DNA of 64,000 bases, from assembly GCA_041916695.1 (NCBI GenBank), contig JAYRZA010000013.1, positions 34,990 to 98,989 of the forward strand. The letters run 5' to 3'. Of the stretch, positions 59,969 through 64,000 are shown one piece after another; the stretch's first letter is position 1, and each line of letters begins with the position of its first letter. This stretch comes from Devosia sp. Its GTDB lineage: Bacteria > Pseudomonadota > Alphaproteobacteria > Rhizobiales > Devosiaceae. The notes beneath the pieces were generated by a model that did not search any database, was not told the origin of the DNA, and saw only the letters and a program-made list of their open reading frames with translations. A program made the translations under genes and the position numbers.

Positions 59969-60045
59969 TGGTCGGAGTGGCCGGATTTGAACCGACGACC
60001 CTTTGTCCCCCAGACAAATGCGCTACCAGGCTGCGCTACACCCCG
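59969..60045 (-). tRNA. tRNA-Pro (anticodon GGG)
   Basis: The minus strand reads CGGGGTGTAGCGCAGCCTGGTAGCGCATTTGTCTGGGGGACAAAGGGTCGTCGGTTCAAATCCGGCCACTCCGACCA. It has a 7-bp acceptor stem (one G-U), an anticodon stem TTTGT/ACAAA with loop CTGGGGG, a T-arm GTCGG..TTCAAAT..CCGGC, and an encoded CCA. Confidence 0.9.
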
Positions 60046-60179
60046 ACTGGCGGCAGACCTACCCAAGCTCCGCCGGGGAGGCAAGAGGCTTTTTTGTGGC
60101 GAGGTGACCCAACCGATATCCATCGGAACGACACTCGACTAAGAACTGCGTCAACCAAGGCACGCGCGGGAACCTCAGG

Positions 60180-62141
60180 ATGATCGATCCGGACGAGCGA
60201 CTGGCAGAGGCGATCAGGTTGCACCGCGCCGGTCAGCTGGACGAAGCCGCGACGATCTATGATGCGATCCTCGCCGATGAAGCGGCCCATGCGTCGGCGC
60301 TGCACATGCGCGGAGTGGTGCACCTGCAGCAGGGGGACAACGAACAGGCCGCAGAGCTGATCCGGCGCTCGCTGACGGTGATGCCCGACGACGCCCCGGC
60401 GCTCAATAACTACGGGCTCGCACTGTCCGGCCTCAAGCAGATGGAACCGGCCATCGATGCTTTTCGTGCGGCGACGCGGTCCAACCCCCGGAACGCCGAT
60501 GCGTGGGCCAATCTCGGCAATGCGCTGCGGCGGGTGGAGCGGTATCCGGATGCGGTGACCGCCTACGAGACCGCGCTGTCGCTGGCTCCGGGCCGCGCCG
60601 GAATCGAGAGCGCTCTGGGGGCGGCGCTGGCAGAACTCGATCGGTTCGACGACGCGTTCGCGCATCATCGCCAGGCCGTCGCGGCAGCGCCTGCGCGGGC
60701 CGACTACCGCCACAACCATGCGCTGGGCCTGATGCGCGCCGGCCGGGAGCACGACGCCGAGGCCGAATTGCGGAAGGCGATCGCGCTCAACCCCGGGCAG
60801 GGCGAATACCATGCGAGCCTCGCGCGGCTGTTGAGACGCCGAGGGCTGGTCGAGGAAGCCATCGCGGCCTACCGCGCCGCGCGCCAGGGCGGAGCCGAGT
60901 CGAAATCCCTCGCGCAGGCGGTGATCTTCAACCAGAACTACCTCGACGTCGATCCGGTGGAGGCGCTGGCCGACGCCCGCGCGTTTGCCTTGCGCCTCAG
61001 CGAAGGCCTAGTGCGCTACCGTGACTATCCAAACAGCCGCGACAGCGAGCGGCGGCTGCGCGTGGGCCTCGTCTCGGCGGATTTCAGGCGTCACCCGGTC
61101 GGCCGGTTCATGGTCTCGCCGGTGGCAGCGAGCGATCAGGAGCAGATCGAGTACTTCGCCTATTCCGGCCGCGACAATGACGATGAACTGAACCTGCGCT
61201 TTCGCGAACTCATCCGCAACTGGCGATCTGTCGGCAAGATGCGCGACGACGAACTGGCCGAGCAGATCCGGCGCGATCGCATCGACATCCTGGTCGACCT
61301 GTCCGGCTACACCAGCGGCGAGCGGCTCGCGGTATTTGCCCGCAAGCCAGCACCGGTGGCGGTCACCTACCTAGGCTACTTCGCCAGCACGGGCCTCGAT
61401 GCGATCGACTATGTGATGGCCAACAGGTGGCTGATCCCCGCGGAGGAGACCCGGCAATGGGTCGAGGCGCCCTGGCACCTGCCGCACGCGCACCTGTGTT
61501 TCGTGGAGCCCGAGGCGCCGCCCCCGGTGGTTGCCGCGCCGCGGCACGGCAGCGGCCAGTTCACCTTCGGCAGCTTCAACAACATCAGCAAATACAGCGA
61601 GGGAACCCTCTCGGCATGGGCGAGGATCCTCACTGCAGTGCCGCAAAGCCGGCTGCTGATGCGCGACACCGCGACGTCCGACGGGCAGCGAAGCCAGATC
61701 ATCGGCAGGCTGGCGGGGCACGGAATCGCGCCGGACCGGGTGGTGTTCGAGCCCAAGCTCGACGTCTACGAGGAACACCTCGCGGGCTACGGTCGGCTGG
61801 ACCTGGCTCTCGACCCCTTCCCCTACAATGGCGGCACGACGACGGTGGAGTCCCTCTACATGGGGGTGCCGGTGCTGACACTACACGGCGACCGGTATGT
61901 GGCGCACATGAGCGAGAGCATCTTGCGCTCTGCCGGGCTCGACGAATGGGTGGCAGGGAACAAGGACGAGTATGTGGCCAAGGCCGTCGCAGCCGCAAGG
62001 TCGCCGGAACGCCTCGACGCGAGTCGGATCGGGCTACGGGATCAGGTCAGGGCGTCGACGCTCTTTGACGCAACGGCCTTCGCGCGGGACCTGGAGACGG
62101 CGTTCCGGGGGATGTGGCGCAACTGGTGCCTCAGGCAGTGA
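60180..62141 (+). CDS. TPR-repeat protein with a C-terminal O-GlcNAc-transferase-like (GT41/SPINDLY-type) domain
   Basis: The N-terminal ~250 aa contain 34-aa TPR units (A..Y..AL...P....A..NLG.AL). The C-terminal part reads LRVGLVSADFRRHPVG..., VTYLGYFASTGLDAIDY, FGSFNN..K, LDPFPYNGGTTTVESLYMGVPVLTL, typical of the GT41 family. Confidence 0.75.
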   Translation: MIDPDERLAEAIRLHRAGQLDEAATIYDAILADEAAHASALHMRGVVHLQQGDNEQAAELIRRSLTVMPDDAPALNNYGLALSGLKQMEPAIDAFRAATRSNPRNADAWANLGNALRRVERYPDAVTAYETALSLAPGRAGIESALGAALAELDRFDDAFAHHRQAVAAAPARADYRHNHALGLMRAGREHDAEAELRKAIALNPGQGEYHASLARLLRRRGLVEEAIAAYRAARQGGAESKSLAQAVIFNQNYLDVDPVEALADARAFALRLSEGLVRYRDYPNSRDSERRLRVGLVSADFRRHPVGRFMVSPVAASDQEQIEYFAYSGRDNDDELNLRFRELIRNWRSVGKMRDDELAEQIRRDRIDILVDLSGYTSGERLAVFARKPAPVAVTYLGYFASTGLDAIDYVMANRWLIPAEETRQWVEAPWHLPHAHLCFVEPEAPPPVVAAPRHGSGQFTFGSFNNISKYSEGTLSAWARILTAVPQSRLLMRDTATSDGQRSQIIGRLAGHGIAPDRVVFEPKLDVYEEHLAGYGRLDLALDPFPYNGGTTTVESLYMGVPVLTLHGDRYVAHMSESILRSAGLDEWVAGNKDEYVAKAVAAARSPERLDASRIGLRDQVRASTLFDATAFARDLETAFRGMWRNWCLRQ

Positions 62142-62604
62142 GGTCGCAGAAGCGGGCATCGGCCGCGCGGGCGGCATCGGCGGGACGCAGCGCAAGCAGA
62201 AGACCCCGCTGACCGCCGTTGATCAGCACGTCGTCGAAGAGCTGTGCCGTCTCATCGATGAGCGTCGGTACCCTGCGGCGCTGACCGAACGGGCTTATTC
62301 CCCCCACCCTGAAACCGGTGAGACGCTCCGCATCGGGCGGCCTCATCATCTGCGCCGACTTGCCGCCGGCGGCTGCCGCGAGCTTTTTCATGCTCACCTC
62401 GCAGTCCGACGGCACGACGACACAAACCGGCCGGCCATCGACCTCGGCCATGAGCGTCTTGAACACCTGCTCCGGCGCCCGCCCGAGTGCCTCTGCCGCC
62501 TGCAGCCCGATACGCGGTGCCTCGGGATCGTACTCGTAGGGGTGCAGTGTGAAGCGTATGCCCGATTGGCTCAGGGCAAGGGTAGCCGAGGTTGTCTTTG
62601 ACAT
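62131..62604 (-). CDS. ybaK: Cys-tRNA(Pro)/Cys-tRNA(Cys) deacylase YbaK
   Basis: 157 aa. VFKTLMAEVDG..VCVVVPSDCEVSMKKLA...VGGISPFG is the YbaK/EbsC signature. Confidence 0.8.
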   Translation of the reverse strand: MSKTTSATLALSQSGIRFTLHPYEYDPEAPRIGLQAAEALGRAPEQVFKTLMAEVDGRPVCVVVPSDCEVSMKKLAAAAGGKSAQMMRPPDAERLTGFRVGGISPFGQRRRVPTLIDETAQLFDDVLINGGQRGLLLALRPADAARAADARFCDLTA

Positions 62605-62808
62605 ACTGGACCTCGCGTTCTCGATTTCCGCACCGGTCGCCCGGCAGGTGGCCGGTCACGACTTCCCATTGCAGTTCCCCTAGCACCGCGGTTCGGGCAG
62701 GACCACGTCGACCAATGCTGACTGGGTTCGTCACGATGATGACTGGGCGTTCCGCCTCTCGTTCATAGCGTCGGTGGGAATATCGTCACAAACCTGAACG
62801 GTGGCGAA

Positions 62809-63345
62809 TCAGCCTTCGCGAGCGCGCTCGAGCAGACGCTTGCAGTCGAGCAACTCGCGCAACACATCGGCGAGTCGGTCGCGATCGGCTGCCGAGAGTG
62901 CCGCTGACTTCGGGGCAGGAACAGCGGCCGGCGGTGGGGCAGCGGGCCGAAGATTAGGAAGCTGGAAGCGCGGGCGGGCCGGCGGCGCGACGACCGTGGC
63001 CTCAGCCGCCGCCGCTTCCTCCCGCTGGTCCTCCTCGTCGTCCGGAGCCGGAGCCGGCAGGGCTGCCAGCGGCTTGCCCTCGCCGATCGCGACGACGTGC
63101 CGGATGCCCTGATCCTTGAGGATGCGCTGCACCCCCTTGATGGTGAAGCCCTGGTCGTAGAGCAGGTGTCGGATGCCCTTGAGCAGCAGCACATCCTCGG
63201 GGCGGTAGTATCGACGCCCGCCGCCGCGCTTCAGAGGCTTGATCGTCGAAAAGCGCGTTTCCCAGAAGCGCAGAACGTGCTGCGGCAGATCCAGCTCTTC
63301 AGCTGCTTCCGAAATGGTACGAAACGCGTCTGGAGACTTGTCCAA
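62809..63345 (-). CDS. MerR family transcriptional regulator
   Basis: [68 protein letters not shown] is a MerR wHTH. It sits downstream of ihfA, as in many alphaproteobacteria. Confidence 0.8.
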   Translation of the reverse strand: MDKSPDAFRTISEAAEELDLPQHVLRFWETRFSTIKPLKRGGGRRYYRPEDVLLLKGIRHLLYDQGFTIKGVQRILKDQGIRHVVAIGEGKPLAALPAPAPDDEEDQREEAAAAEATVVAPPARPRFQLPNLRPAAPPPAAVPAPKSAALSAADRDRLADVLRELLDCKRLLERAREG

Positions 63346-63373
63346 AAGGACTCACCCAAAGCCGGAAAGACTC

Positions 63374-63685
63374 TTATTTTCCAGCTCGGACCATAGATTT
63401 GTTGATCTTGGATTTCAACACGTTGCTGGGTTTGAACACCAGAACCTGCCGAGGCAGGATCGGAACTTCCTCGCCCGTCTTGGGATTGCGGCCGACGCGC
63501 TGGTTCTTCGAGCGCACCTGAAACGAGCCGAAGGAGGAGAGCTTGACGTTCTGCCCGGCCACCAGCGCGTCGCCGATCAAGTCCAGCACCCGCTCCACCA
63601 GTTCGGCGGACTCGGTGCGCGACAGACCCACTGCTTCATACACCGCCTCCGCCAGATCGGCGCGCGTCACCGTCTTCTGAGTCAT
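63374..63685 (-). CDS. ihfA: Integration host factor subunit alpha
   Basis: [70 protein letters not shown] is canonical IHF-alpha. GGAGGGGGA Shine-Dalgarno. Confidence 0.9.
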   Translation of the reverse strand: MTQKTVTRADLAEAVYEAVGLSRTESAELVERVLDLIGDALVAGQNVKLSSFGSFQVRSKNQRVGRNPKTGEEVPILPRQVLVFKPSNVLKSKINKSMVRAGK

Positions 63686-63866
63686 GTGCCGTCCCCCTCC
63701 GTTGTTGCCTCACCGGACCGTGTCCGCCAGGCGCCCCCACCTACGGATTAACGAAGATTAACCCGCTCCCGTGGGGCTGGCAATCTCACTTAACTATCAA
63801 AGGCTAGCGACGTTTGCGACGAACCGGTGACCGGCATTTGCGCGGCCATCGAGTCGAGTATTGGGC

Positions 63867-64000
63867 CCTACCAGCGGATCAGCGAGGCGCCCCAGGTGAA
63901 ACCGCCGCCCATTGCCTCGATCATGACGAGGTCACCGCGCTTGATGCGCCCATCGGACACGGCGGTGTTGAGGGCCAGAGGCACGGAGGCGGCGGAGGTG
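63867..64000 (-). CDS. fabH: 3-oxoacyl-ACP synthase III, C-terminal fragment (the gene continues beyond the right edge)
   Basis: The minus-strand translation ...[43 protein letters not shown] matches the FabH C-terminus (NTSAASIPLAL...GFGGG.TWG...RW). Confidence 0.75.

Noticed and set aside
59961-60017. N-terminal 19 codons of track ORF 58959..60017 (…GGQRVVGSNPATPT…)
   Set aside because: This part is the translation of the tRNA-Pro gene itself (GSNPA is a classic tRNA T-arm artefact). The kinase-fold protein must start at or after 59960.
59969-60045. tRNA-Pro as an integration site for a genomic island
   Set aside because: There is no integrase, no excisionase and no direct repeat of the tRNA 3' end nearby. 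The flanking genes (APH-fold kinase, TPR/GT41 protein, ybaK) show no obvious compositional break by eye.
59969-62604. Co-localisation of tRNA-Pro(GGG) with ybaK, the Cys-tRNA(Pro) deacylase, about 2 kb away
   Set aside because: It is thematically tempting, but the genes are on different transcription units separated by a large unrelated gene. I know of no evidence for a conserved linkage, so it is most likely coincidence.
1-64000. Mobile elements, prophage, toxin-antitoxin or known defence systems
   Set aside because: I recognised no transposase, integrase, phage structural, restriction-modification, Cas or toxin-antitoxin-like ORFs in any frame. The SdpR/SdpI-like pair lacks an adjacent toxin gene.

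Overview
GC-rich chromosomal segment that looks alphaproteobacterial. The gene order (aminotransferase-hom-glpX-recJ, rplM-rpsI, ctaA, fabH-ihfA-merR) resembles Hyphomicrobiales/Rhizobiales as far as I recall. Four parts stand out. (1) Positions 1-24620 are one uninterrupted minus-strand ORF of at least 8,206 codons. Its N-terminus is in the window and its C-terminus runs off the left edge. It encodes a giant modular repeat protein with a GGxGxD (RTX/beta-roll-like) C-terminal region, beta-sandwich domains, about two dozen ~190-nt Gly/Ala/Val-rich repeats and six 1.1-1.35-kb super-modules. The ORF track misses it because no stop codon lies inside the window. (2) Directly upstream and co-directional are a SapC-family gene, a radical-SAM (SPASM-like) enzyme and a 264-aa protein of unknown family, with a divergent MFS transporter. 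This is the least explained, accessory-looking part and my best candidate for an undescribed system. (3) A sigmaE(RpoE)-ChrR singlet-oxygen-type module sits at 30.2-36.7 kb, with two matching TGATCC-N16-CGTA promoters that I can read. One is in front of rpoE-chrR-SDR and one in front of an FAD-oxidoreductase/DUF1365/CFA-synthase operon. (4) A Wzy-type polysaccharide locus lies at 49.9-59.0 kb and contains a divergent MurA paralogue and a deacetylase. The rest is housekeeping (recJ, glpX, hom, rpsI/rplM, ctaA, tRNA-Pro(GGG), ybaK, ihfA, fabH 3' end). I saw no CRISPR array, transposase, integrase or rRNA. All product calls come from motif recognition by eye, and no database search was run.
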